Source of the DNA: Scyliorhinus canicula
Taxonomy: Eukaryota
Length of the DNA stretch: 64,000 nt
NCBI RefSeq assembly: GCF_902713615.1
Contig: NC_052150.1
Coordinates: 27,552,000 to 27,615,999, forward strand
Direction of reading: 5' to 3'
Every line of letters begins with the position of its first letter. Positions within the stretch are counted from its first letter, which is position 1. The position numbers and the translations under genes were made by a program. Positions 37,361 through 49,924 of the stretch are shown one piece after another. Under the pieces are notes generated by a model, which saw only the letters and a list, made by a program, of their open reading frames with translations, did not search any database and was not told where the DNA came from.

Positions 37361-37424
37361 AATGTAAATATATCCTCCTTGAAGAAAGAAGACCAAAACA
37401 GAAATTTAATTAAATTTTTTTAGA

Positions 37425-37726
37425 AAATAATCTTTATTGTCACAAGTAGGCTTACATTCATGCCGCAATGAAGTTACTGTGGAAAGCCTCTAGTCACCAC
37501 ATTCTGGCGCCTGTTCAGGTACACAGAGGTAGAATTCAGAATGTCTAATTCACCTAACAGCATGTCTTTCAGGTCTTGTGGGAGGAAACCGGAGCACCCG
37601 GAGGAAACCCACGCAGACACGGGGAGAACATGCAGGATCTGGACAGACAGGGACCCCAGCCGGGATTCGAACCAGAGTCCCTGGCGCTGTGAAGCAACAG
37701 TGCTAACCACTGTGCTACCGTGCCGC
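37425..37726 (-). mobile_element. V-SINE, tail type C
   Basis: Same architecture as 14097-14396. Confidence 0.9.
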
Positions 37727-37741
37727 TACAGTACACAGTAT

Positions 37742-38120
37742 TAATTTATTTCATGGGATCTGGGTGTCAATGGCAAGGCTGGAATATGTTGCCCATCCTT
37801 GGTTACCCTTGAATTGAGTGGCTACTGGGCCATTTCAGAGGATAGTTCATAGTCAACCACTTTGCTGAGGTTCTGTAGTCATATACAGGCCAGACGAGGT
37901 AAAGATGACCGATTTCCTTCCCTAAAGGACATTCACGAACCAGATGGATTTAATCTACAATAGTTCCATGATTGCATTACTGAGAATAGTTATCAATTCC
38001 AGATTTTATTAGTTGAATTTTTTAATTCCTCCAGTTGATGGGATTTGAACCTGTGACCCCAGAAGATTAGTCTGGGCCTCTGGATTAATAGTTTGGTGAC
38101 ATTACCACTTCTCCACTGTC
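37742..38120 (-). mobile_element. tRNA-derived SINE with LINE-family-2 tail
   Basis: ggttcaaatccc B box on the minus strand; aaggacatt core; ggatgggcaac tail. Confidence 0.7.
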
Positions 38121-38239
38121 TTCCCAGATGCAGTCTCATTACTGCCCTGTACAGTTGTAAGACTTCCCTACCTTTACATCCCATGGGCTGGATTCTTCCG
38201 CCCGCCCGCCGCAAGATTGTGGGGTGATTTTGGGACCCA

Positions 38240-39380
38240 AGGAAAGCAGAGTTGAGTCTTGGACATGCATTGAAAAGGATCTGCTCTCTCTCCCTCGCAT
38301 TTTATGCAGAAATGCTGTGCGTTGCTATGTTTCTGAAACTACAGAGAAGCTGAATGAACCTGCAGTAAAACCATTACAGGCTGCAAACGGAGACCTGGGG
38401 CGGGATTCTCCGACGCCCCCCCGCCGGGTCGGAGAGTCGCCGGGGGGGCGGCGTAAATCCCGTCCCCGCCAGCCGCCAAATTCTCCAGCACCGGAGGTTC
38501 GGCGGGGGCGGGAATCGCGCTGCGCTGGTCAGCAGGCCACCCCGCGGCGATTCTCCGGCCCACAAAGGGCCGAAGGCCTGCTGCTGTAATGCCAGTCCCG
38601 CCGGCGTGAATTAAGTCACGTCCCTTACCGGCGGGAGCAGGCGGCGAGGGCGGGCTCCGGTGTCCTGGGGGGGGCGCAGGGTGATCTGGCCCCGGGGGGG
38701 GGGGGGTCACGGTGGCCCGCGATCGGGGCCCACCGGTCCGTGCTGGGCCTGTGCCGTGGGGGCACTCTTTCCCCTCCGCGTCGGCTGTGTCAGCTTCCGC
38801 AATGGCTGACGTGAATGTGAACCCCCCACCCCCCCGCGTATGCGCGGGGATGCTGTCAGCAACCTCTGACGCTCCCGTGCATGCGTGGACTTCTGCCGGC
38901 CTTCCAGCGCGGGCCTAGCCCCTAAAGGTGAGGGCTTGGCCCTTAAAGGTGCGGAGGATTCGCACCTTTTGGGGCGGCCCGATGCCGGAGTGGTTCACTC
39001 CACTTCATCCCGCCGGGACCCCCCGCCCTGCCGGGTAGGGGAGAATCCTGGCCCTGGATCTGAAAGCTTGCTTTGAGGGAAAGCCTGCTGAAAGACATCC
39101 ATCTGAAACAAAGGCTATTTTCCTTATTATTTTCACCCCTTTCCTCCCCTCTGTGTTTTTCTGTCTTTGTGTGTGTTTATCTGTCTTGTGTGTGTTTATA
39201 TAGGATGGGCAAATTAAAGTGGGGGATTAGGAATTAAATAATAGTTAACAGTTGTATTTGCTGAATATTTCATTATAGTTCATGTTAATTTGCAAATCTG
39301 GTGACTGTAATTATTGGACAGCCAAGGGCCAAAGGTTTTAAGTATTTTTTCGGCTGCACACTAGCCAAGGTGGTCGTAAC
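38240..39380 (+). mobile_element. LTR-like fragment containing a MITE
   Basis: Ends ggtcgtaaca; continuous across the CTG TSD of the MITE; 5' end unclear. Confidence 0.4.
38398..39053. mobile_element. Harbinger-type MITE
   Basis: GGGCGGGATTCTCC / GGAGAATCCTGGCC; TSD CTG; same family as 3609-4293. Confidence 0.88.
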
Positions 39381-39545
39381 AGTCAGTTTAGTAAGTCTAC
39401 CATAACTACTATTTATGCCCTAACCAAGCTCCAAAAGTCACGGTTGTATAAATGTACTTAGCAGCTTAGACTTGAGCCTCGTCCGTCTGCAGTGTAAATT
39501 AGTTAACCACAGAATGACTTTATTTCATGCCCTCCCATATATAAT

Positions 39546-40226
39546 GGGCGAGATTCTCTGCAAATGCGGAGAATCGTAAAGGCTGCCGTGGGACAGGCCG
39601 TGATCCACGGCAGCCTTCACGGCCACTTCCGGGGCCGATTTCCCCCCCCCCCCTCCCCGGGCGGGGCTAGGAGCGCGGCCCCGTTGGTCACGGCGGTACG
39701 GCCTTGACGACCGTCGTCAAGGCCGCACGTCAAGCGTCACGCCGGCTGACGTGGCTGATGATGTCTGCCGCGCATGCGCAGGTTGGACAACGCCAACCCA
39801 CGCATGCGCAGTTGCCGTCTTTCTCCTCAGCCGCCCGGCAAGACGTGGCGGCTTGATCTTGCCGGGTGGCGGAGGGGAAAGAGTGCGTCCGTTCTGGACG
39901 CTGGCCCGACGATCGGTGGCCTCTCCCCTCCCGAGCACAGTCGTGGTGCTCCTGTGCCAATCGGGCCTCTAGATGCCCCAAACGGTCATCTGGCGCCCGT
40001 TTCACGACGGCAGCGAGCAGGTGTGTTTGCTGAAAAAGGTGAAACAGGCGTGAAGGGCCAGCCACTCAGCCCATCGGCCTCGGAGAATCGCCGCTCGCCG
40101 TAAAAAACGGCGAGCGGCGATTCGTGGCGTGGGGGGAGAGAATAGCGGGAGGGCGAGAAAAATGTCGGGAGGCCCTCCCGCTATTCTCCCACCCGGCGTG
40201 GGGGGGGGGGGCGGAGAATCGCGCCC
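39546..40226. mobile_element. Harbinger-type MITE
   Basis: GGGCGAGATTCTC / GAGAATCGCGCCC; TSD AAT. Confidence 0.88.
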
Positions 40227-40342
40227 AATTAGTTTGGGAATAGATGAGAGACTTCCCATTAGGTACAAGACTGAAAATACTTCACACTAAGATTCAAGTT
40301 CATCAAATTATCTTACTCGCTGCTCTAAATGAGGGTAGCAGT

Positions 40343-40747
40343 TCAGCCTTGGCTGAGTTGGTAACACAGGCCCCCTCGTCAGGCCATGGATAAAAGAGAC
40401 TTGAGCTCAAGTTCTAGGCTGATGCACCAGTGCAGCATTGAAGGGATGCGACACGTGGTGGCGACGTCATTCAGAAGCCATTAAACTGAGACCCAGTCTG
40501 CCTTCTCGTGTGGATGTAGAAGTTTCCATCGCATTGTTTAAAGAAGAGCACATGGCCAATATTCCTCCAACATCATCGAGAATATGTTGCCTGGTCAGTA
40601 TCACATTGGGAAGTTCTGTGCACAAACAGGTTGGTAGGTTTCCTGTGTAACAACAGCAACTGTACTGTTGTCCATGTCTGTTCGAGCACCTTTGGGAAAT
40701 CCTGAATCCATGAAAGGTGCTACATTAAAGGCAAGGTCTTTTTCTTT
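40343..40747 (+). mobile_element. Deu-domain SINE
   Basis: ttaaactgagacccagtctgcc...gtggatgtagaag; tail catgaaaggtgctacattaaaggcaaggtcttt. Confidence 0.7.
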
Positions 40748-40893
40748 TAAATGTTTTCTATATAAAACACATTTTTCCACTCTGACTGGGTGGAATAGTT
40801 CCCACCTCTGATCAGCCATTGGAGGTTTCAGTTGAAGTACAAATCTCAAAGCCAGTGCAGAGATGAGCATAATCCTGTCTAGTGTTGGTGATA

Positions 40894-41146
40894 GTAATAA
40901 TAATCTTTATTAGTGTCACAAGTAGGCTTGCATTAACACTGCAATGACACTACTGTGAAAATCTCCTAGTCGCCACACTCCGGCACCTGTTTGGGTACAC
41001 TGAGGGGAGGATTCAGAATGTTCAATTCACCTAACGAGCATGTCTTTCTGAACTTGTGGGAGGAAACTGAGCACCCAGAGGAAACCCATGTAGATACCGG
41101 GAGAACGTGTGGACTCTTCACAGATCCAAGCCGGGAATCGAACCCG
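40894..41146 (-). mobile_element. V-SINE, tail type C, head truncated
   Basis: aataataatctttattagtgtcacaagtaggctt tail; V domain. Confidence 0.85.
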
Positions 41147-41814
41147 GTAACGGTAATGAAAATGAAGAGATCCTTGGCTGCCGTTTCACTAAGGCTGTTG
41201 ATGCTTCAACAGATGCCTAACACACTGACTGTTTACATTGGAATGGAGTGGAAGTACAGATCAGTCACAATCTGATGCAACGGTGGAACATTCACGTGGG
41301 ACTGAATAGCCTTCCCTGTTTGTCACAATTAATAGGATTGGTTAATATTGTGCCTCGTTTGTTTAATGCTGTATAATGCGCCATGAGTTTCAGGGTGAAG
41401 TTTGTTTCATAACTATTTCATCTGTTAGTTTTAATTGGCTATTTGTTGAGAGTAGCAGCTAGACCTCCAAAGTTTGAGGGGAAATAGCTTTTACTAGGTC
41501 CCTGGACCTGTCATTGTGTTTGTTTGTGTGTTTTTCCAAAGCACCCACATCGTGGTATTTTTGGGACCTGTCCATTTACAGATGGAGGCCTGGTAAGAGG
41601 TCACACAAGTAATTTGCCTGCTCAAGATGCTCTGCGAATTTGTGATTCTCTTTAACCTCTTTGCCTTGAAGTGGTGGTTGGCGGGGGTGGGGCAGGGGCA
41701 GGGCTGGGTGCGAAGTTTGAGATGAGACAAATTAATGTTTGGCATTTGTCATGGGAGGAAATGGACATGAGGAGACTGGGACCCATTAGTCCGTGAATGA
41801 CTTCCAATTGTGTG

Positions 41815-42006
41815 TTTTTTTTAATTTAGAGTATTTTTAAGGGGCAATTTAGCATGGCCAATCCACCTAACCTGCATATCTTTGGGTTGTGGGGGTGAAA
41901 CCCACGCAGACACGGGGAGAATGTGCAAACTCCACACGGGCCGGGATTCGAACGTGGGTCCTCAGGCGCCGTAGTCCCAGTGCTAACCACTGTGCCCCGT
42001 GCCGCC
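41815..42006 (-). mobile_element. V-SINE, tail type B
   Basis: ggttcgaatcc B box; tactctaaatt+polyA on the minus strand. Confidence 0.85.
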
Positions 42007-43504
42007 ACCAATCATGTGTTTTGCCCCTTCTTTGCCAGAAATGCGCTGCTCTCAAATGCACTTGTATTGCCAAAACTCCACGTAATATTTTTATTTTTGT
42101 GTACACCTAGAACGTATGGTTCTTTTTCTGCTTCACTATAGTAAATCCTGGAAAGCCAACTTGTCTCTCTCTCTCTCCGCTGTTGGGTTTTCCCACTTTG
42201 TGGAAATGATACAAAGTTAAACTCCAGATGTCAAGCAAAGTGAGCGAACACAAAAGGAGCTGGGAGTGCGCTGGTCATTTTCTGCTGGCCCTCTTGCATT
42301 GTCCTCTGGTGCCTTGCATAGCTCTGGGGCTCTGCCCCAGCTGCTGACCAGTATTTGTCACAGCATGAGGGTTAGAATTTTTCAGGAGGTCCTTGGAATG
42401 TGTAACAAATCCCTTTAAGCTTTATCAGCTATTCTGCGTGTATCTTGAGCTCTGTGCATGGGCCAAGCAGCCAGAATTGCAGCAGGAATGTACACCGGTG
42501 GCCAGAAATGGAACTAACGTACTGTTAGGGCTGTTAAATTGTTTCCCACACAGCTTTCTGGACGGATTTAACGAGTTTATTCCCTGTTCCTCTTCCTTTC
42601 AGATGAATTCAAACCTGTTTTTACTGTGGCGCACTTTGCCAAGAGAGGTGGTGAAATCGGTTTGAGAGTTGATTCATTTGCACAGTAATTTAATTGATTT
42701 CTGAAAATAGCTTTTTTGGATATGGCAGATGAGTAATTTGAAACACGACATGTGGTAAGTAGAGCGTGCTGGAGAGGAACAGGTGACTTTAGCTTCTGTG
42801 GTGCCCAAAGCTCTCCACCACTGGGATTTTCTTCAAGTTGTGTGTCTGTTGTAGGCTAATTGATAGAGATTGATTAGTATGATTAGTGAGCAACTCCATT
42901 ATTGTTGTATTGTGTGAATGCCAACGTGATTGAAGGCAAACTAGATGGACTTTTTGTTACATAGAACTGACAGACAGAAATTGGCCTACGCCAGTGTTTA
43001 TGGTCCACGCTCGCCGCCTCCATTCTAATTCCCGCTTTCCAACTTGCCTCTGCATCCCATCTATTCCACTCTCCCTCCTGTATGCACCAAACCTCCCCTT
43101 TTAAATGAATCAATACTACCTATTGCAACCATTCCAATGCCGGGATTTCTACCCCCTCCCCCTCTCCTCTTTTCCCCATCCTCCACAGCGGGTTTATACA
43201 CTGGAAGAGAGAGCTGGTCATTGGCCGGCAGGTTTCCCGGTGGCATGGCCAGAGAGCCACATAAAACAGCATTGCCTTTGGCGGTCTGGAAAATCCTACC
43301 ACCAGCCAATGGCAGACCGCCCCCTGGGCTGGAAAATCTGCTGGTGGGTGATCCTGGGATCCCACCCCATGTGACAACACCCGTTCCACATTCTCACTAC
43401 TCTTGTGCAAAGAGATTCATACCCAATCTCTTTAAGTGATCACTTAATGTTCATTTTATATTGATTAGCCCTTGACCTGGCGCTTCAGTGTGTACACCAG
43501 GACA

Positions 43505-43980
43505 CATGCGGTCCAAGAACACTCTTGAAGCTTGACACCATCCAGGTCAAGGCAACTTATTTTATTGGCACCCCATCCAATACCTTAAAACAATCACTCC
43601 ATTCACCACTGGCACATAAATGCTGCAGTATGTACCTTCTACATGATCCACTGCAGTAATTCATTAAGGTTTATTTGCAACACCTCTCAACCCGTGATCT
43701 CTACCGCCCAGACAGATGAAGTTAAGAAGCACATGAGAACCCAATCATCTGAAAGTTCCCCATCAATCACAGATTATCCTGGCTTGGAAATATGTTGCTA
43801 TTTTTTCATTGTCACGGAGTCAAAATCCCCGAAACCCTTCGTGACAGTACTGTGGGGGTGCCTTCACCACGGACTGTAGAGGTTCAAGAAAGTAATCCAC
43901 CACCATCTTCTCGAGGGTGATTGGGGATGGGCAATATATTCCAGTCTTGCAAGCGCTGCCCCAGGAATGAATATGATGAA
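43505..43980 (+). mobile_element. LINE family-2 3' fragment
   Basis: gaagcttgacaccatccagg...ggatgggcaata; homologous to 6680-7120. Confidence 0.7.
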
Positions 43981-44686
43981 ACAAAATCCTTGGTCCCTGG
44001 AGACATCAGGGCAATCATTTAAAAAGTTGGCAGTTGAAGCATCCCAAAAGATCTGGATTGACTGTTTTTAAAGCAAAACCCAAACTCCTCGTAGCAATTT
44101 GTTAGTGAGACAGTCTCGTCCCACTAAACCTAATTCTGTGCATTTTCACAATACGTAGAAGATTGAAGCACTGGATTATTTCTGGTGTATGAAGAGGATT
44201 TTAATTTTTGCCTTTTTTTTTCTGGAAAACCCAGTCCAGTAATCTGAAACTGTTAGAAAGTTTTTACACTTCAGTGAACAATGATGGCATAACTTGTTAT
44301 AGATGTGTTCCCTTTCCAAGAATGTATTTATTCACAGGCCACAACAGAAACGCCTTCTCCATCTGTTGAGCTGCTTATATTAACGCCTTGAACGTGTTGC
44401 TACAGCCATCAGGATTTTTTTAAAAAGCAGCCCTGTTTTTTTCCAGCTGAATTTTTTAGTCTCCCATTCTTTTATATTTAAAAAAAAAGAGAAACAGCTC
44501 TTTCATTTCAATTCAAACCACTTTAAATCGGGCAAACGTTATTAGTTTGATTTGTTGTCGGATTTTTGTTGGGATTGCGAAATGCTTTTTGATATTCCAC
44601 AAGGCTCGGGAGTGTCGAATATGTATTTGAGCTAGCTCATTGCTAAGCAGTAACTGCCCAGTCCTGTATGAGGTGTGTGTGTGTGT

Positions 44687-44688
<2 letters not shown>

Positions 44689-44725
<37 letters not shown>
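44689..44725 (+). repeat. Poly-G tract (37 nt) following a (GT)n microsatellite
   Basis: Read directly from the sequence. Confidence 0.95.
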
Positions 44726-44726
<1 letters not shown>

Positions 44727-46284
44727 GAAAGAGGAAGAGAGAGAGAAAGAGCAGAAATAACAAAAAGAAGGTGGCCATTCAGCCCCTTCTCCCTGTTCTG
44801 CCATGTTATTAGCTCATAGCTGTCCCGTACCTCAGCTCCTTTTATTCCCATAATCCATGAAGTGAGGTGGACAGTTAATCTACAGAACAGGATTGGTGAC
44901 TTGGATTTGACTGCTGTCTTTGCAACACAAGCCGAAATTGCTCAACCATTTTCCACTATATATTTTTGGAAATTTCATCACTGCATTTCCAGACGGGGTG
45001 AGGTGCTGTGGTGACCTTGCTGTAATACAATTTGAACAACATCCCTCGGGGCAAGTTTTGCAGTAATAAATTTCACTCCGTCCTGTGGACGAAAGATCAT
45101 CCAAATGAAATTGGGAAGCTTACCTTTTTTTAAAAAATGTAGTTTTGGAAAAAAAAAACTCATCCAAGGTAAATCCATATATGTTAGAGTTCCAGACAGG
45201 AGGTTGGATGGAGAAACGCTGGTGTGCGCGGGGGTGCATCCGTGCCCACTGTGCTAATCTCAAAGTTGGTCGTCTACTAATTGTAATTGGAATACTTTAA
45301 CCAAGTTTTCAGTAAACAGGACATGAGGTAACAGCGTCCATTTTCCTTTTGAGGCTCCACCCAAGAGCGTGTGCCCTCTTGGTCTACTGTGGTTAAAATT
45401 GCCCAATTTAAGGCGATTCTCTATCCACCGTTTTTTTTTAATGATGGGCATCCAAACTTTCATGTTTGAACAAGGCTTAAACCAATTCTGCCTTGGGACC
45501 AAAGTCTGGCTTAAGATAGTGAAGGGAAGCTTTTTGTTATATTGGGGGGGGGGGGGGGGGGGTTACTGTCGCTGCTGATGCTTGCCAATTTAATGTAGCT
45601 GCTCCTTGACTGCTAAACAGCCTCAGAAGCATTGCCAAAAGCCTTTACATACTACACATCACTGAGACTGACCTTGTTACTGCGCTGAGATTTGATCCAG
45701 CTGTTGCAGTGATTAAAAGTGTTTGAAGGCCGCCCAGTGCCTTGACTTGTGTTGACGGTATGCTTTTAAAAAATATATATCTATATTATGGCATGCATAT
45801 ATGATTGGAAATGCACCAAAACCTCCTCCTGTGGGAATGACTTGACATGTTGGGCGTGCTGATTGTTTAGCTAATGTACTGCGAATAACGATGGGACTGC
45901 ACTGTGAAGCAAATTACATTTTCTTTCATTCCCAACCAGCAGACTCGCCAAAAGCAAATCCTGGCTTTGATCACTCCTGGCAATTAGGGAGGGAAGGGAG
46001 AAGGGAGCTGGAAGGAAGGGAAATAGAAGCCAGGCTATGGGGAGGGGCAGTTGCTCCTCTGGGACTGGTACAAAACCCCTTGGAGAGATGACGGACTTGC
46101 GGTTCGGAGGAAATAGCTGCTGGATGCCGAGCTACTTCCACATCTGGCTTTGTGTGCCAGACTTGCCTCTTTTTTTTAAGAAAGGGAAAGAGAGCTCCGA
46201 TCTGGAGGCAGTAATTAAATTGCTGGATGAGGCCCTGGCTTGAAAGAAAAGAGCAATCCGGAATAGCGGTTTACAACTGCACAA

Positions 46285-46720
46285 AAGGAAAGGAACGCAG
46301 TGGATCTTTGTTTATCTACCATGACCTCTGGCATCCCATAACACTTCACAGCCAATGAAGTAGCTTTGAGGTGTAGTCACAGCTGTGAGAGATGCAATGG
46401 CCAGTTTGTGCACAGCAAGGTTCTGCCAGCAGTATTGAGAGAGAAATGGGCGGATAAGACTGTTTTAGTGATCAATATTGACCATGATTCCCTGGAATAT
46501 TCTCTCTTTCTTCTCATAGTACTGTTTGATCTTTGTGCCCACCTGAGAAGGTAGACATGGCCCCGTCTGGAAGGTGGCCCCTCGGACTGTGCAGTTTTCC
46601 TCTCGACTGTAACTGCAAGGGGAATGTTGCCATAGATTCAGTGCTCGTGCCTGTAGTGGGACTTGAACCCACAGCCTTCTGACTCCGGGAAGTGGACTTC
46701 CTACTGATCCGAGGCTGTCA
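46285..46720 (-). mobile_element. Deu-domain SINE, decayed
   Basis: cacttcacagccaatgaagtagctttgaggtgtagtcac; gtgggacttgaacccacagccttctgactc head. Confidence 0.7.
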
Positions 46721-47450
46721 AAAATGGGATGTGAATTTGTTGTCCTTGCCTTTCCTCCCTTTCAAGATTCAGTATTTTGTAACTCCAATTTTGGGCTATT
46801 TGTCTAATAATTTGTGTTTCCCCTTCCACTTCTTGTCATTTAGGGCAGGTGTTTAGCCAATACGGGTATCAGCATGGGGTGCAAATTTTCCCTGCTGGCC
46901 AGCATGCCAGTTTGTTGGCACCATCCCATCCACAAGTCATTTTCCTGCAGGTGGCGGTGGGTAGCCAAGTACAAACATACAACATAGGAGCAGAAGTCGG
47001 CCATTTGGCTCCTTTTGCCTGCTTCACCAATCAATAAGATTATGGCTGATGTTTAATGTTGCGAATTCTACATTCCCTTCTACCCCCAATAATCTTTGAT
47101 TCCACAACAAGAATCTATCTACCTCCACCTCATAAAATATTCAATGACCCCCAACTCCATCGCCTTCTGAGGAAGACCGTTCCAAAGTTGTCCAACCCTC
47201 CGAAACAAATTCTCCTCATCTTTGTCCCAAAATGGCATACTCTAATTTTAAAATGGTGCTCCTTAATTCTGGACTCGTCCATAAAAGGGAACATCGGTCC
47301 CATGTCCACCTTGTTGAGACGATTCAGGATCTTGTGTGTGTATATATACTTCAATCAAGTCACCCGTCACTTCTAAACTCCAGTGGAAATAAGCCCAGCC
47401 TGTCTAACCTTTCCTCATAAAACAACCCGCTTTTTCCAGGCATCAATTGA

Positions 47451-47793
47451 GGGTAGCACGGTAGCATTGTGGATAGCACAATCGCTTCACAGCTCCAGGG
47501 TCCCAGATTCGATTCCGGCTTGGGTCACTGTCTGTGCGGAGTCTGCACATCCTCCCCATGTGTGTGTGGGTTTCCTCCGGGTGCTCCGGTTTCCTCCCAC
47601 AGTCCAAAGATGTGCAGGTTAGGTGGATTGGCCATGATAAATTGCCCTTAGAGTCCAAAATTGCCCTTGGTGTTGGGTGGGGTTACTGGGGGATAGGGCG
47701 GAGTTGTTGACCTTGGGTAGGGTGCACTTTCCAAGAGCCGGTGCAGACTCGAGGGGCTGAATGGCCTCCTGCACTGTAAATTCTATGATCTAT
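47451..47793 (+). mobile_element. V-SINE, full length, tail A
   Basis: Head, V domain and tail all present. Confidence 0.92.
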
Positions 47794-47852
47794 GAAACCT
47801 CCTTTGAACCGCCCCCCAATGCGTTTACATTTACACATAGTACCTGCGATTT

Positions 47853-48028
47853 GGGGCTGGATTTTCCGATCCACCCAGCCGTGTGTTTCTCCGTGGCGAG
47901 CTGTTCGCTGTTGGCGGAATTCTATCTTCCCGCTGCTTGCCAATGCCACCTCACGCTGCTGGGACACCCCTGGCCTGGGGTGCACTGCCAGCAGGAAAAG
48001 CGAATCGCAACAGCCAGAGAATTCGAAC
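47853..48028. mobile_element. Short Harbinger-type MITE
   Basis: GGGCTGGATTTTCC / GAGAATTCGAACC; body similar to 20737-20910. Confidence 0.6.
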
Positions 48029-48786
48029 CATGATCTTACCAGTGCCTGTATAACTGAAGCCAAACATCCTATCATTCTATTAGCCTTCTTGATTACTTGC
48101 TGTTCCTGCACACTAACTTTCTGTGACTCATGTACTAGACCACCTAGATCCCTCTGCATCTCAGAATTTTGCGGCTGCCCTCTATTTTAAGTAATACTCT
48201 GCCTTTTTGTTCTCACTGCAAAACGGAACAACTTCACGTTTTCCCCATTGAGCTTGTGAAAAGCTTGTTGTCAGAGGGCAATTGGAATTTTCCAGTTAAC
48301 CTGCAGCCTGCCCGGGCACCCCCTTGCTCGTAAAGCAACTGAGAATAGACCAGTTGCCTGAAGGTCGCATCCCAGCAGCAAAACAGAGAGGGTTAGTCTC
48401 CAGGCAGGCTTTGAGGCCGTACCTGCCTGCTTGACCACAGCTGCAGCTCTAGACTGCTCTGTGGTTGGGATCCCGGCTGCTGAGGGAACTTCTGTATTTT
48501 AAAAATGGAGGTGCCCTCTCTCGTCGCATACCTGAAATGCAGACTGCATCGCCCCTGAGCTGGTGGGCCTTGAATACGTGCTCCACCCTCGAGAGCCTGC
48601 TTGCCATGCTTAATTGGGTGGCTAGGCCATCTTCCAGTTGGCCAATCTGAGGAAAAACAGTACTGGCATTATTATGATGCCCACTTGGTCCCAACATAAA
48701 GGCCGAAATCCTGTTCTTAATTTCCCAGTTCCAGCTCTGCTGCATTGAACAAATATGTTTGTGATGCAGTAGTAATCCAGGGACCC

Positions 48787-49006
48787 GGGGCAGCATGATG
48801 ACGCAGTGAATTAGCACTGCGGCCTCACGGCGCCCAGGTCCCAGGTTCGATCCCGGCTCTGGGTCACTGTCCGTATGGAGTTTGTACATTCTCCCTGTGT
48901 TTGTGTGGGTAAACCCAAAAATGTGCAGGGTAGGTCGATTGGCCACGCTAAATTGCCCCTTAATTCGAAAAAATGAATTGGGTACTCTAAATTTAAAGAA
49001 AAAAAG
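48787..49006 (+). mobile_element. V-SINE, tail type B
   Basis: 13-bp TSD aatccagggaccc (48774-48786, 49008-49020); A-rich tail. Confidence 0.92.
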
Positions 49007-49349
49007 CAATCCAGGGACCCAAGTTCGAATCTCACAATGGCAGATAGTGAAATTTTTATTCAATAAAAATAATAGCATTCCTACAGTGCTGAAGGAGGCC
49101 ATTCAGCTCATCGAGTCTGCATCGACCCTCTGAACGAGCACCTTACCTAGGCCCACTTCCCCGCCCTATCGCCATAAACTCACCCAACCTTTGGACACGA
49201 AAGAGAAATTTAGCAAGGCCAATCCCACAGCAATGTGGTTGACTCTTAATCGGCCTCTGAAAGACACTCCGTTCAAGAGCAAATGGGGAATGGGCAATAA
49301 ATGCTGGGCAAGCCAGAAATGCCCACACCCACTGAATGAATTTTTTAAG

Positions 49350-49924
49350 AAGTGTACACTGGGGAGACTGCGGGCGGTATTCTCCGGTCGTGCCTGCCCG
49401 GCGACTGGAAATTCCTGCCTGAGGTCAGTGGACCTTTACATGGTCCGCGTTCCGCCCGTGGCGATCTTGCGGCGGGTGCAGACGAAGAATCTAGCCCTGC
49501 AAAAATCCATAGAATCATTCGGCGCAGAAAAGGCCGTGTAGCCCACTGTGCCTTTTGTGTATGCTATCCAATTAGTGCCACTCTCTCTCGAAGTTATTTC
49601 CTTGTAGCCTCTGACCGTTTGCTTTTTCATTCCTGTATCCGATTCCCACATGAAAGCAATTAGTTGTGAGCAGTCACGCGGGCCAAGTTTTTACTCTAGA
49701 TGGACAGAGTCCGTCTGATTCCTTCGAGTATATAAATAAATAGTGAATAGGGCAAAAGATGGAAAGTGATTGTGTGACGTGAGTTGTCAAAATGGTTTCG
49801 GATCGCCACGGGCGGAACGCGGACTGCAGACCATGTAAAGGTCCACTGACCTCAGGCAGGAATTTCCAGTTGCCGGGCAGGCATGACCGGAGAATCCCGC
49901 CCTCAGTCTCCTCAGTGTACACTT
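49350..49924. repeat. Inverted repeat, arms ~117/124 bp (49350-49466 and 49801-49924)
   Basis: Arms align with 5 substitutions and one 7-bp indel; mirrored ORFs MYTGETAGG.. / MYTEETEGG.. Confidence 0.92.
49372..49497. mobile_element. Short Harbinger-type MITE
   Basis: GGGCGGTATTCTCC / GAAGAATCTAGCCC; TSD TGC. Confidence 0.75.

Larger units (their letters stand above)
33257..37395. mobile_element. Decayed large PIF/Harbinger transposon (left TIR plus Myb/SANT-like gene; no intact transposase seen)
   Basis: Left TIR-like GGGCAGGATTTA at 33257; Harbinger-like subterminal region 33600-33900; minus-strand Myb-like peptides 35900-37360; right end not found. Confidence 0.55.
46976..48250 (-). mobile_element. 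Decayed CR1 3' region with nested V-SINE and MITE
   Basis: KILNRLNKVDMGPMFP; QRDLGGLVHESQKVSVQEQQVIKKANRMIG. Confidence 0.8.
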
